From the NCBI GenBank assembly GCA_026770705.1, contig JANJGN010000033.1, forward strand, positions 9,310,805 to 9,364,000: a DNA stretch of 53,196 nt, given 5' to 3'. The stretch is from Isurus oxyrinchus (taxonomy: Eukaryota). Every line of letters starts with the position of its first letter. The stretch's first letter is position 1. The translations under genes and the position numbers were made by a program. Shown here one piece after another: positions 24,760 to 36,619 of this stretch. The notes under the pieces were generated by a model. The model saw nothing but the letters and a program-made list of their open reading frames with translations. It had not been told where the DNA came from and searched no databases.

Positions 24760-24765
24760 TTTATT
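24760..24765 (-). terminator. Putative polyadenylation signal, gene 2
   Basis: AATAAA on the minus strand ~180 nt after the stop; same position in gene 3. Confidence 0.5.
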
Positions 24766-24944
24766 GCAGAGAGAAGCAGCAAACAGCAGTGTCTTCAGAC
24801 TTGCTGATCAAGAAAGCACAGGGACAATTGTGAACCATTTAGTCTTTGTCCTGAGGACCCTTAAAAATTGTGCTGCACAGAGACACCAGAGGGCTCCAAT
24901 TCTTCTCACTGACCCAAGTTGTTCAATCATCCCACATATGCTGC

Positions 24945-24980
24945 TCAGGGGTCGTTTGATTTTTCTACCGTGTGAGATAC
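24945..24980 (-). CDS. Gene 2 terminal cytoplasmic exon, VSHTVEKSNDP*
   Basis: Acceptor ttctattttaacAG|GTA; phase 0 matches the TM-exon donor; identical coding sequence in gene 3. Confidence 0.7.
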   Translation of the reverse strand, partial: VSHTVEKSNDP

Positions 24981-25044
24981 CTGTTAAAATAGAATCCAAT
25001 TACATCCCTTCTATGAAATAATTATATTGAATAAAATTTATTTT

Positions 25045-26180
25045 ATTCATCTCTGGGATGTGAGCTTCACTGGCTGCGCCAACATTTACTGCCCATCCCT
25101 AGTTGCCCTTGAGAAGGTGCTGATGAGCTGCCTTCTTGAGCTGCCGCAGTACATTATGTAGATGCACCCGCCGGGCTGCTCAGGAGGGAGTTCCGGGATT
25201 TTAACCCAGCGGCAGTGAAAGAATGACGATATATTTCCGAGTCAGGATGATGAGTGACTTGGAGGGGGACTGGTGGTGTTCCCATGCAGCTGCTGCCCTT
25301 GTTTTTTTCGGTGGTTCAGGTTTCCTGTTTAGAACTTCACTCAAAAGACCTTGGTGAGTTGCAGCAGTGCACCTTGTAGTGTTTCAGTGGTCGTCCTAAT
25401 GTTTAGGGTGAGAGATGGGGTGCCAATCATGAGGGCTGCTTTGTACTGGAGGCTGTGGAGCTTCTTGAGTGTTGTGGGAGCTGAGCTCATCCAGGCAAGT
25501 GGAGAGTATTCCATTACACTCCTGACTTGTAGATGGTGTGCTGCCTTTGGGGAGTCAGAAGGTGAGTTACTCGTTGCAGAATTCCTAACCTGCTCTTGTA
25601 GCCACAGTGTTTATATGGCTGGGTCACTTTAATTCTCAACATTGGTAACTTCCAGGATTTTGATAGTGAGGGATTCAGCGATCGCAATGACATTGAATGT
25701 CAAGGGGGTGCTGCTTAGACTCTATCTTATTTGAGATGGTCATTGCCTGGCACTGGTGTGGCATGAACGTTACTTGCCACTCACCAGCCCAAGCCTGAAT
25801 GGTCTCCATGTCTTGCACCATGCAGGTGTCATCAGCATCTGTACCTGAGGAGTTGTGAATGGTGCTGACCATTGTACAGTCACCAGTGACCATCCCCACC
25901 TCTGACTTCTGGATGGAAGGAAGGTCATTGAAGAAGCAGATGAAGATGTTTGGCCCTCGGACACATCCCTGTGGAATGCCTGCATCGAGGCCCTGGGATT
26001 GGGAACCACCACCACCTTCCTTTGTGTTCGATGAGACTCTATCCAGTGGAGACTTTCCCCAGTGCTCCTTGATGTCACACTCGGTCAAATGTTACCCTGA
26101 TCTCAAGAGCAGTCACTCTCATCTCACCTCTGGAATTCAGCTCTGTTATCCAGGTTTGGAGCAAGGCTGGAATGAGGACA
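25045..26180 (-). mobile_element. CR1 LINE fragment
   Basis: GIPQGCVRGPNIFICFFNDLP..IQAWAGEWQVTF and family 3' tail. Confidence 0.8.
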
Positions 26181-26324
26181 GGAACTCAGTTATACAGAGA
26201 CTCTGACTGTCCACTGGGGTGGGCTCCAGATTGATTGAGAGGCCATGTCTCATTTTCTTTTAAGCAAACATTATGTTTATCTACATCACGGGAAATATTG
26301 ATGATATCACAGAACTCAGATTAC

Positions 26325-26515
26325 CGTAACTTCTCTGCTCTTCATCAGATAAATTCCGACCAGCCAGACAATCGCCAGCATTCCCAGAGCGAGAACGGAC
26401 CGGATGATCAGGATTACACCCTGGCCCAGTTTGTCTTCATCTTCCCCAGTGAGCTCTGATGTTGCTGCAGTCACTGAGGGGGTTAACGGGGCTGGTGAGG
26501 GTGTGGGTCCCTGTC
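26325..26515 (-). CDS. Gene 2 stalk and transmembrane exon (Arg in TM)
   Basis: Acceptor tatttcacAG|GA (phase 1); GQGPTPSPAPLTPSVTAATSELTGEDEDKLGQGVILIIRSVLALGMLAIVWLVGIYLMKSREVT; donor G|GTaatc. Confidence 0.88.
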
Positions 26516-26608
26516 CTGTGAAATACAGGAATGGAAAGCAATGATGTGGAAACAGGAACATGAACACAAACCAGGAACAGAGTGTGATGGGAAACAGGGG
26601 AAATAGTC

Positions 26609-29353
26609 CCAGTGTCAGAAATCCTGGGAGACAGGAGTGTCAGTGTGGGACACCCTGGGGGAGACAGGAGTCTCAGTGTGGGAGACCCTGGGGGAGACAG
26701 GAGTGTCAGTGTGGGAGTCCCTGGGGGAGACAGGAGTCTCAGTGTGGCAGGCCCTGGGGGAGACAGGAGTCTCAGTGTGGGAGACCCTGGGGAAGACAGG
26801 AGTGTCAGTGTGGGAGACCCTGGTGAGACAGGAGTGTCAGTGTGGGAGACCCTGGGGGAGACAGGAGTGACAGTGTGGGAGACCCAGGGGAGACAGGAGT
26901 GTCAGTGTGGGAGACCCTGGTGAGACAGGAGTGTCAGTGTGGGAGACCCTGGGGGAGACAGGAGTGACAGTGTGGGAGACCCAGGGGAGACAGGAGTGTC
27001 AGTGTGGGAGACACTGGGGGAGACAGGAGTGTCAGTGTGGGAGACCCTGGGGGAGACAGGAGTGACATTGTGGCAGACCCTGGGAGAGACAGGAGTGTCA
27101 GTGTGGGAGACCCTGGGAGAGCCAGGAGTGTCAGTGTGGGAGACTCTGGGGGAGACAGGAGAGTCAGTGTGGGAGACCCTTGGGAGACAGGAGTGTCAGT
27201 GTGGGAGACTCTGAGGGAGACAGGAGTGTCAGTGTGGGAGAACCTGGGGGAGACAGGAGTGTCATTGAGGGAGACCCTGGGGAGACAGGAGTGTCAGTGT
27301 GGGAGCCCCTGGGGGAGACAGGAGTGTCAGTGTGGAAGACCCTGGGGGAGACAGGAGTGTCAGTGTGGGAGACACTGGGGAGACAGGAGTGTCAGTGTGG
27401 GAACCCCTGGGAGAGACAGGAGTGTCAGTGTGGGAGACCCTGGGGGAGACAGGAGTGTCAGTGTGGGAGACCCTGGGGAGACAGGAGTGTCAGTGTGGCA
27501 GACCCTGGGGAGACAGGAGAGTCAGTGTGGGAGACCGTGGGGAGACAGGAGTGTCAGTGTGGGAGACCCTGGGGAGACAGGAGTGTCAGTGTGGGAGACA
27601 CTGGCGGAGACAGGAGTGTCAGTGTGGGAGACCCTGGGGGAGACAGGAGTGTCAGTGTGGGAGACCCTGGGGGAGACAGAATTGTCAGTGTGGGAGACAC
27701 TGGGGGAGACAGGAGTGTCAGTGTGGGAGACACTGGCGGAGACAGGAGTGTCAGTGTGGGAGACACTGGCGGAGACAGGAGTGTCAGTGTGGGAGACACT
27801 GGCGGAGACAGGAGTGTCAGTGTGGGAGACCCTGGGGGATACAGGAGTGTCAGTGTGGGAGACCCTGGGGGAGACAGGATTGTCAGTGTGGGAGACCCTG
27901 GGGGAGACAGGAGTGTCAGTGTGGGAGACCCTGGGGGAGACAGGAGTGTCAGTTTGGGAGACCCTGGGGGAGACCCTGGGGGAGACAGGAGTGTCATTGA
28001 GGGATACCCTGGGGAGACAGGAGTGTCAGTGTGGGAGCCCCTGGGGGAGACAGGAGTGTCGGTGTGGAAGACCCTGGGGGAGACAGGAGTGTCAGTGTGG
28101 GAGACCCTGGGGAGACAGGAGTGTCAGTGTGGGAGACACTGGGGAGACAGGAGTGTCAGTGTGGGAACCCCTGGGGGAGACAGGAGTGTCAGTGTGGGAG
28201 ACCCTGGGGGAGACAGGAGTGTCAGTGTGGCAGACCCTGGGGAGACAGGAGAGTCAGTGTGGGAGACCGTGGGGAGACAGGAGTGTCAGTGTGGGAGACC
28301 CTGGGGGAGACAGGAGTGTCAGTGTGGGAGACACTGGCGGAGACAGGAGTGTCAGTGTGGGAGACCCTGGGGGAGACAGAATTGTCAGTGTGGGAGACCC
28401 TGGGGGAGACAGGAGTGTCAGTGTGGGAGACCCTGGGGGATACAGGAGTGTCAGTGTGGGAGACACTGGCGGAGACAGGAGTGTCAGTGTGGGAGACCCT
28501 GGGGGATACAGGAGTGTCAGTGTGGGAGACCCTGGGGGAGACAGGATTGTCAGTGTGGGAGACCCTGGGGGAGACAGGAGTGTCGGTGTGGGAGACCCTG
28601 GGGGAGACAGGAGTGTCAGTTTGGGAGACCCTGGGGGAGACCCTGGGGGAGACAGGAGTGTCAGTGTGGGACACCCTGGGGGAGACAGGAGTGTCAATGT
28701 GGGAGACCCTGGGGGAGACAGGAGTGTCAGTGTGGGAGTCCCTGGGGAGACAGGAGTGTCAGTGTGGGAGTCCCTGGAGAGACAGGAGTGTCAGTGTGGG
28801 AGACCCTGGGGGAGACAGGAGTGTCAGTGTGGGAGACCCTGGGGGATAGAGGAGTGTCAGTGTGGGAGACACTGGCGGAGACAGGAGTGTCAGTGTGGGA
28901 GACCCTGGGGGATACAGGAGTGTCAGTGTGGGAGACCCTGGGGGAGACAGGATTGTCAGTGTGGGAGACCCTGGGGGAGACAGGAGTGTCGGTGTGGGAG
29001 ACCCTGGGGGAGACAGGAGTGTCAGTTTGGGAGACCCTGGGGGAGACCCTGGGGGAGACAGGAGTGTCAGTGTGGGACACCCTGGGGGAGACAGGAGTGT
29101 CAATGTGGGAGACCCTGGGGGAGACAGGAGTGTCAGTGTGGGAGTCCCTGGGGAGACAGGAGTGTCAGTGTGGGAGACCCTGGGGAGACAGGAGTGTCAG
29201 TGTGGGAGACCCTGGGGGAGACGGGAGTGTCAGTGTGGGAGACCATGGGGAGACAGGAGTGTCAGTGTGGGAGTCCCTGGGGAGACAGGAGTGTCAGTGT
29301 GGGAGTCCCTGGAGAGACAGGAGTGTCAGTGTGGGAGACCCTGGGGGAGACAG
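26609..29353. repeat. 33-bp minisatellite array (~84 units), V-TM intron of gene 2
   Basis: Same unit as 16749; internal block duplications at offsets 732 and 406. Confidence 0.95.
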
Positions 29354-29403
29354 GGTCTCAAAATGTTAGAGAGAGAAATGGAAAGATCCAACTGAGTGTT
29401 TAC

Positions 29404-29772
29404 CTTGTACAGTGAGGAATGTTCCAGTGATGCTTTGCCACTGCTCGTTATAATTTCCTGTTATATTCACACGACAGAAATACCTGTTCTGGTCACGTTG
29501 TTTCAGGTTGTTTATCCGGATGGTTCCAGTGTTTTCCTGATATGGATTTCCCAGGAAATCAATCCGGCCTCGGTAATGAGGGTGAATGTAACTCCGTGAG
29601 ACGTTGAATATAAATTCTCCGTGATAATTATTTCTTCTCCAGTAAATGTTTATCTTTCTGGGTTTGTGTGTTTCTGGGTAAGTGAATGAACAGGGGATAT
29701 CGATCGATTTCCCTATCAGCCCGTCCAGGCGCTCAGGCTGGGACACAGTGAAACCATCTCCATTTATCATCA
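29404..29772 (-). CDS. Gene 2 Ig V-set exon, PILR/Siglec-like
   Basis: 369 bp, phase 1-1, same splice sites as gene 1; 9 aa differences from V1. Confidence 0.92.
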
Positions 29773-29892
29773 CTGGGGGAGAGAGAAACAGTAAGTGGTT
29801 ATTTCGGAATCGCCAATAAATCTCATCCAATAGAAACCCAGTCCCGGAATGCTCTCAGGAACAGGGAAACTCCGAATCCGAAAGTGCAGCCG

Positions 29893-30535
29893 GTAAATCT
29901 GTAAATCTGTTATTCTATATATAAACCACACGAACCCTGAGATTAGATTCCAGTCTGTAACTCTGTAAATCTGTTATTCTATATATAAACCACACGAAAC
30001 CTGAGATTAGATTCCAGTCTGTAACTCTGTAAATCTGTTATTCTATATATAAACCACACGGACCCTGAGATTAGATTCCAGTCTGTAACTCTGTAAGTCT
30101 GTTATTCTATATATAAACCACACGAACCCTGAGATTAGATTCCAGTCTGTAACTCTGTAAATCTGTTATTCTATATATAAACCACACGAACCCTGAGATT
30201 AGATTCCAGTCTGTAACTCTGTAAATCTGTTATTCTATATATAAACCACACGCACCCTGAGATTAGATTCCAGACTGTAACTCTGTAAATCTGTTATTCT
30301 ATATATAAACCACACGAAACCTGAGATTAGATTCCGGTCTGAAACAATGTAAATCTGTTATTCTAGATTTAAACCACACGAACCCTGAGATTAGATTCCA
30401 GTCTGTAACTCTGTAAATCTGTTATTCTATAGTTAAACCACACGAACCCTGAGATTAGACCCCACTCTGTAACTCACTCCCGGGTATCTTCTAATCTATG
30501 CATTAACCCCCTCAATCCCTCGATCAGACTCCAGT
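29893..30535. repeat. 64-bp minisatellite (9 clean units)
   Basis: Same unit as 7064. Confidence 0.9.
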
Positions 30536-30625
30536 TTTTAATGTGTCTCTAACACTTCTCGGTTTTGATTGACGGTGACTGTGGGGCCTTGATGATTGAC
30601 ACTTTTCCTCTCCTAATGTTTCTGT

Positions 30626-31096
30626 GAGTGGAATTTTCCCAAATTGGCACCAAGCAAACCGAGATTTTACCCGTCGGGTGCGATGGTGGGATTTCACCCT
30701 GCATTGTCCCAAACCTGCCTCATTATTTACACGCTCCCGGGAAACACACCGATTCCACCGTGGGCAGGCTCTCATTCGCCCGCCTGTCATCGATCCACCG
30801 TCGCATCACGCTGGCCGCCATGTTTGAAATCCAGTCACAAGCACATCGCTCATTGCTTCCAGCTCACCACCCAGTGCCCAGGAGTCATGGCCAGCAATGG
30901 AAATAAGACTGGAGACCCCACCCCCTGCTTCAATAACGGCTCCCTCAAGTGACTGTGCATGTGGTGGGGCTGACCTGGATGTCCTGTATCCCCCGCTCTG
31001 GCCACAGGATGGGCAGCAATGTGACCAATCCAGCTTGGGAGGTATTGGCAGTGGTGGTCAGCGCCAACGCCCTTCAGATCAGGACAACCACCCAGG
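30626..31096 (+). mobile_element. Harbinger left end and 5' part of the Myb/SANT gene
   Basis: MASNGNKTGDPTPCF..DVLYP..AWEVLAVVVSANALQ; overlaps the start of the 7604 copy. Confidence 0.65.
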
Positions 31097-31654
31097 GCCT
31101 AACAAGTTTGACTGAATTTATTGAGGAGGTGCCCAGGTGTGTAGATGAGGGTAGAGTAGTTGATGTAGTTTACATGAATTTCAGCAAAGCCTTTGACAAG
31201 GTCCCACATGGGAGACTTATAAATAAGGCAAAGAAGCAGAGAAGACTGAGGGGTGACCTGATCGAGGTGTACAAGATGATAAGGGGCATAGACAGGGTGG
31301 ATAGGGAACAGCTGATCACCTTAGTTGAAGGGCCATTCACAAGGGGACACAAGTTCATGGAGAGGGGCAGGAGGTTTAGGGGGGATGTGAGGGAAAACTT
31401 TTTTTACCCAGAGGGTGGTGACGGTTTGGAATGCGTTGCCTGGGAGGGTGGTGGAGGCGGGTTGCCTCACATCCTTTAAAAAGTACCTGGATGAGCAATT
31501 GGCACGTGATAACATGTAAGGCTATGGGACAAGTGCTGGTAAATGGGATTAGGGAGGTAGGGCAGGTGTTTCTCACTTATCGGTGCTGACTCGATGGGCC
31601 GATGGGCCGAAGGGCCTCTTTTGCACTGTGTGACTCTGTGATTCTGTAATTCTG
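31097..31654 (+). mobile_element. Internally deleted CR1 remnant, same insertion as 10712-14610
   Basis: LTEFIEEV..YMNFSKAFDKVPH fused to QRRLRGDLIEVYK; identical 3' junction attctg|tcactgcagtgttaaac. Confidence 0.85.
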
Positions 31655-32535
31655 TCACTGCAGTGTTAAACAGACCATTTCCACCTGGAGTCTGTAATGA
31701 GCAGCTCCCAGCACTGTCTCTATTTTTGTCTTTTACTTAGTAAAACCACAGCTCAGTGTTCCCTGACAACCATTTAGTGACCTCCCCCATCGATTACTGC
31801 CAGCTCATTTTCCCTCCTCCACACTCCTCAACTCATCCTCCAAATCCTATCCCACTCTAACTCCTGCTCACCCAACTTCACCCTCCGCCCTCCCCGTTCT
31901 CACTCAACCCCACAGGCTCCCAGTCCATCAACACCTCCTGCACTTTAAATCCTTCCATTGCTTCCAGCACACCCACCCCACCCTTTCACTCTAACCTGCT
32001 CCAGCCCTACAGCCCTCCAATACGTCTGCTTTCTCCCAGGTCCAGCATTCCGTGTGTCTTTCACTCCCTTTGTGCCAACATAGTGGTTTGTGCTTTTAAC
32101 TATCTGAATCCCTAGCTCTGCTATTCATTATCTAAGCCTCTCTGCCTCTCTCCTCCTTTCCTTCAAGACCGTCCTTAAAATCCATATCTTTGACCGATCA
32201 TTGGGTCTCTCCTCATAATATCTCCTTTGGCTCTGAGTCCCTATGATGAAGACGCTTCTGGTGAGCACCTTGGGAACATTTCCTTTGTTAAAGGGGCTTC
32301 TCCAGCTGTTGTTGTTGTGGTCCCTCCTTAACTCTTCAACCTGAGTGGGCATCACATCAGCGCCAATTGGATTGAACATCCCTCCGTCAAATGGAAAGCA
32401 AGGAAAAGCTTTGGGAGGTTCCACAAGGCTCTGTGCCTTTGGGAGGATCTGGGTGGGTGGTGAGGAGCTGCAGGGGAGGCTGGTGATGTGGTGGGTACAA
32501 AGCAAAGGGAGGGATATCAGATAGGGTTTACTCAC

Positions 32536-32578
32536 CGACGGAATGGTAGAGAAGGATCAGGCAGAGAGCAGAGTCCAT
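32536..32578 (-). CDS. Gene 2 proximal leader exon, MDSALCLILLYHSV
   Basis: 43 bp, ATG, G|GTGAGT. Confidence 0.85.
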
Positions 32579-33407
32579 TGCAGCTCCTCAACTCACTCTG
32601 CGGGTGTGGGAGAGGCTTCGATGATGACGGAACGTTGAGATGGGACTTTGTCACACACATCTGAGCAGTTAGTTCTGCTTTTCATTTTCCCGTTTCAGTA
32701 ATATCCTGTTTAGAAAATCCACTCCCCTCATCCGTGGCTGAGGCCGATTTATTGTGCCCAGGACCAGCCTGAGGATAGACAGTGAATCCTGGGACACTGG
32801 TAAGTGGGGGCAGGATGGACGTTCAGTGAAAGGGGGATCGCTGAGGGTCAGGGGACGTGGAGGGGCGCTGTGGGGGAACACTGGTTGTAACATTCAGCAG
32901 TACACTCTCCTGAGGTCAGGTCCCTAGAGAAGGCACTCGGTGTCTGTGAATGAGGGTCACCCACCCATTCTTCAGCCAGAAGTCCCAAGTGGATGATCCA
33001 ACTCAGCCTCCTCCGCAGGTCCCAGCTTCACAGATACCAGTCTTCAGCCAATTTGATTCACCCCACGTGATCTCAAGCAACAGCTGAAGGCACCGGATAG
33101 AGCAGAGGGTATGACAATAGTACTGAAGACTTGTTTTCCAGAACTAGCCATGCCCCTAGCCAAGTTGTCTGAGTACAGCTATATCACTACCCGACAATCT
33201 AACATTCACACCACACAAGTGCCAGGCAATGGCCATCTCCAACAAGAGAGAATCCAGCCACATCCACCACATTAAAAGTTGACCTTCTGCACATTTGGAG
33301 CATCGTAACAGTGACTTCAATAAGATCATGGCTGGCCTGATTATCACCTTAATTATACTTTCATTCCGCATATCGTGTGGATCTCCTCAGGATTAAGCTT
33401 GTCGTAG

Positions 33408-34250
33408 TCCCTGGGGAGACAGAGGGAGACAGGAGTGTCAGTGTGGGAGACCCTGGGGGAGACAGGAGTGTCAGTGTGGGAGACCCTGGGGGAGACAGGA
33501 GTGTCAGTGTGGGAGACCCTGGGGGAGACAGGAGTGTCAGTGTGGGAGACCCTGGGGGAGTCAGGAGTGTCATTTTGGGAGACCCTGGGGAGACAGGACA
33601 GTCAGTGTGGGAGGCCCTGGGGGAGACAGGAGTGTCAGTGTGGGAGGCCCTGGGGGAGACAGGAGTGTCAGTGTGGGAGACCCTGGGGGAGACAGGAGAG
33701 TCAGTGTGGGAGTCCCTGGGGGAGACAGGGTTTTCTGTGTGGGAGACCCTGGGGGAGACTGAAGTGTCAGTGTGGGAGACCCTGGGGGTGACAGGAGTGT
33801 CAATGTGGGAGACCCTGGGGGAGACAGGAGTGTCAGTGTGGGAGACCCTGGGGGAGACAGGATTTTCAGTGTGGGAGACCCTGGGGGAGACAGAAGTGTC
33901 AGTGTGGGAGACCCTGGAGGTGACAGGAGTGTCAATGTGGGAGACCCTGGGGGAGACAGGAGTGTCAGTGTGGGAGACCCTGGGGGAGACAGGAGAGTCA
34001 GTGTGGGAGACCCTGGGGGAGACAGGAGTGTCAGTGTGGGAGACCCTGGGGGAGACAGGAGTTTCAGTGTGGGAGACCCTGGGGGAGACAGGAGTGTCAG
34101 TGTGGGAGACCCTGGGGGAGACAGGAGTGTCAGTGTGGGAGACCCTGGGGGAGTCAGGAGTGTCAGTGTGGGAGGCCCTGGGCGAGACAGGAGTGTCAGT
34201 GTGGGAGACCCTGGGGGAGACAGGAGTGTCAGTGTGGGAGACCCTGTGGA
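33408..34250. repeat. 33-bp minisatellite array (~25 units)
   Basis: Same unit; lies between the two leader exons of unit 2. Confidence 0.95.
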
Positions 34251-34596
34251 GAGGCCGCTGAGACAATGCCAATTTGCATCCAATCAGTGGTGGTCGGTAT
34301 AACTGCAGTAGTTTCCGGGTGTACAGGGCAGAGACAATGTAAATTCAAAAGGCAGCTGCAAACCTCCAACTGGCTCCACAGTGAAAATAACTTCATTTTC
34401 AATCTGTAAAGTGAAAAGGCTTTGCCTGGTGTTTGGTTTAGTCTATGGGTTGCTGCTGCCAGAATGGAGATAGCTGTAATCTGTAGCCCTGCTGATATAT
34501 TTTACCGTGTGTAAATTAATGTAATGTTCGATTAGTTTAACGTAAAACCTCGAGAACTGAAGGTGTCATTCCTGAATTTAGATTCACATCTCAAAC

Positions 34597-35860
34597 ATCT
34601 CCTCCCGTCTCACCTCCTCTCATCTTCCCTCCTCTCCCCTCATCACTCCTCACTCTGCCCTCCTCTCCCCTCACCTCTCCTCCCTCTGCCCTCCTCTCCC
34701 CTCACCTCTCCTCCCTCTGCCCTCCTCTCCCCTCACCTCTCCTCCCTCTGCCCTCCTCTCCCCTCACCTCTCCTCCCTCTGCCCTCCTCTCCCCTCACCT
34801 CATCTCCCTCTGTCCTCCTCTCCCCTCACCTCTCCTCCCTCTGTCCTCCTCTCCCCTCACCTCTCCTCCCTCTGCCCTCCTCTCCCCTCACCTCTCCTCC
34901 CTCTGCCCTCCTCTCCCCTCACATCACCTCCATCTGCCCTCCTCTCTCCTCACATCACCTCCATCTTCCCTCCTCTCCCCTCATCACTCCTCACTCTGCC
35001 CTCCTCTCCCCTCACCTCTCCTCCCTCTGCTTTCCTCTCCCCTCACCTCTCCTCCCTCTGCCCTCCTCTCCCCTCACCTCATCTCCCTCTGTCCTCCTCT
35101 CCCCTCACCTCTCCTCCCTCTGTCCTCCTCTCCCCTCACCTCTCCTCCCTCTGCCCTCCTCTCCCCTCACCTCTCCTCCCTCTGCCCTCCTTTCCCCTCA
35201 CATCACCTCCATCTGCCCTCCTCTCTCCTCACATCACCTCCATCTTCCCTCCTCTCCCCTCATCACTCCTCACTCTGCCCTCCTCTCCCCTCACCTCTCC
35301 TCCCTCTGCTTTCCTCTCCCCTCACCTCTCCTCCCTCTGTCCTCCTCTCCCCTCACCTCTCCTCCCTCTGTCCTCCTCGCTCCTCACCTCTCCTCCCTCT
35401 CCCCTCACCTCTCCTCCCTCTCTCCTCCTCTCTCCTCACCTCTCCTCCCTCTCCCCTCACCTCTCCTCCCTCTGCCCTCCTCTCCCCTCACCTCTCCTCC
35501 CTCTGCCCTCCTCTCTCCTCACCTCTCCTCACCTCTTCTCCCTCTCCTCTCCTCCCTCTGCCCTCCTCTCCCCTCACCTCTCCTCCCTCTGCCCTCCTCT
35601 ATGTTCTCTTCTACACTCCTCTTATCTCCTCTCCTCTTTTCTACTTTCCTCTCTTCTCCTTTCGCCTCATCCTGTCTTGACTCGCCTCCTCGCCTCCTAT
35701 CTTGTCTCATACCCTCTCCTCTTATCTCATCTTCTCCCCTCTCCTCCCCTCTCTACTCCTTTCCTTTCTTCCACTCTCCTCTCACCTCCTCTCCTCTTAT
35801 CTCCCCTCAAACCCACACCTCTCCTCTCCTCCTCCGCTTCCCTCTCCAGCTCGAATCTCT
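34597..35860. repeat. CT-rich ~31-bp tandem repeat
   Basis: Unit cctctcccctcacctctcctccctctgccct. Confidence 0.9.
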
Positions 35861-36310
35861 CTCTGTTTATCTGTAAATGACCCCCTCCCACCCCTCACCC
35901 ATTACAAACAGGGTCACAACACTGGATAATTGATGGGGTTTCCCAACAGTTTCATTCTAACCCAGGTTTCCAGATGTTCCCCATCGATCGCTCCAGATTC
36001 ACTGTCCATCCTCCACCCACAATGGCCTTGCTCCCTCCCTATCTCTGTAACCTCCTCCAGCCCTATCACCCTCTGAGATCTCTGCACTCCTCCAATACCT
36101 GTCACTTGGACATCCCCGAGTATAATCGCTCCATCATTGGCGGCAGTGCCTTCACTTTGGAATTCCCTCCTTAATCCGCTCCACCTCTCTCCCCTTCATC
36201 CTCAAAGCAATTCCTCACACTTCCTGATATTTGCTTTGGCACCGTGATCCTTTGGTGAAGGTGGTGGGGCACGAAGACAGGGACAGGACAATAAGATAGG
36301 TTTTACTCAC

Positions 36311-36353
36311 CGGCGGAGAGGCACAGAACGATCAGAGAGAGAGCAGAGTCCAT
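36311..36353 (-). CDS. Unit 2 distal leader exon, MDSALSLIVLCLSA
   Basis: 43 bp, ATG, G|GTGAGT; near-identical to 18839-18881. Confidence 0.72.
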
Positions 36354-36619
36354 TGGGGAGCCACACCTCACTCTGTGTGCCTGGAGGAGGCGCCACTGAT
36401 CACAGGCTGATGAGACGATGTGTATAACACACAACCCACGAGCAGTTAGTTCTGTTTTTCTCAACTTCCTTCCATTTCTGTCTCTGGGAAAATCTATCTG
36501 CCAAATCATTTCCAATTTCCCTTTCAAAGTCCCAGCTGTCAAGCCTTTCGCCCTCTGCTGGCCGTGACATTTCTATAGACTCACACTTGAAACCTCAGGA
36601 CACGAGCTTCTCAAGAATT

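Noticed and set aside
24808-24999. 63-aa ORF as a long cytoplasmic tail
   Set aside because: Requires a phase-1 junction, whereas the TM-exon donor is phase 0 and gives VSHTVEKSNDP*.
34563-35876. 437-aa Pro/Ser/Leu ORF
   Set aside because: Translation of a CT-rich repeat.
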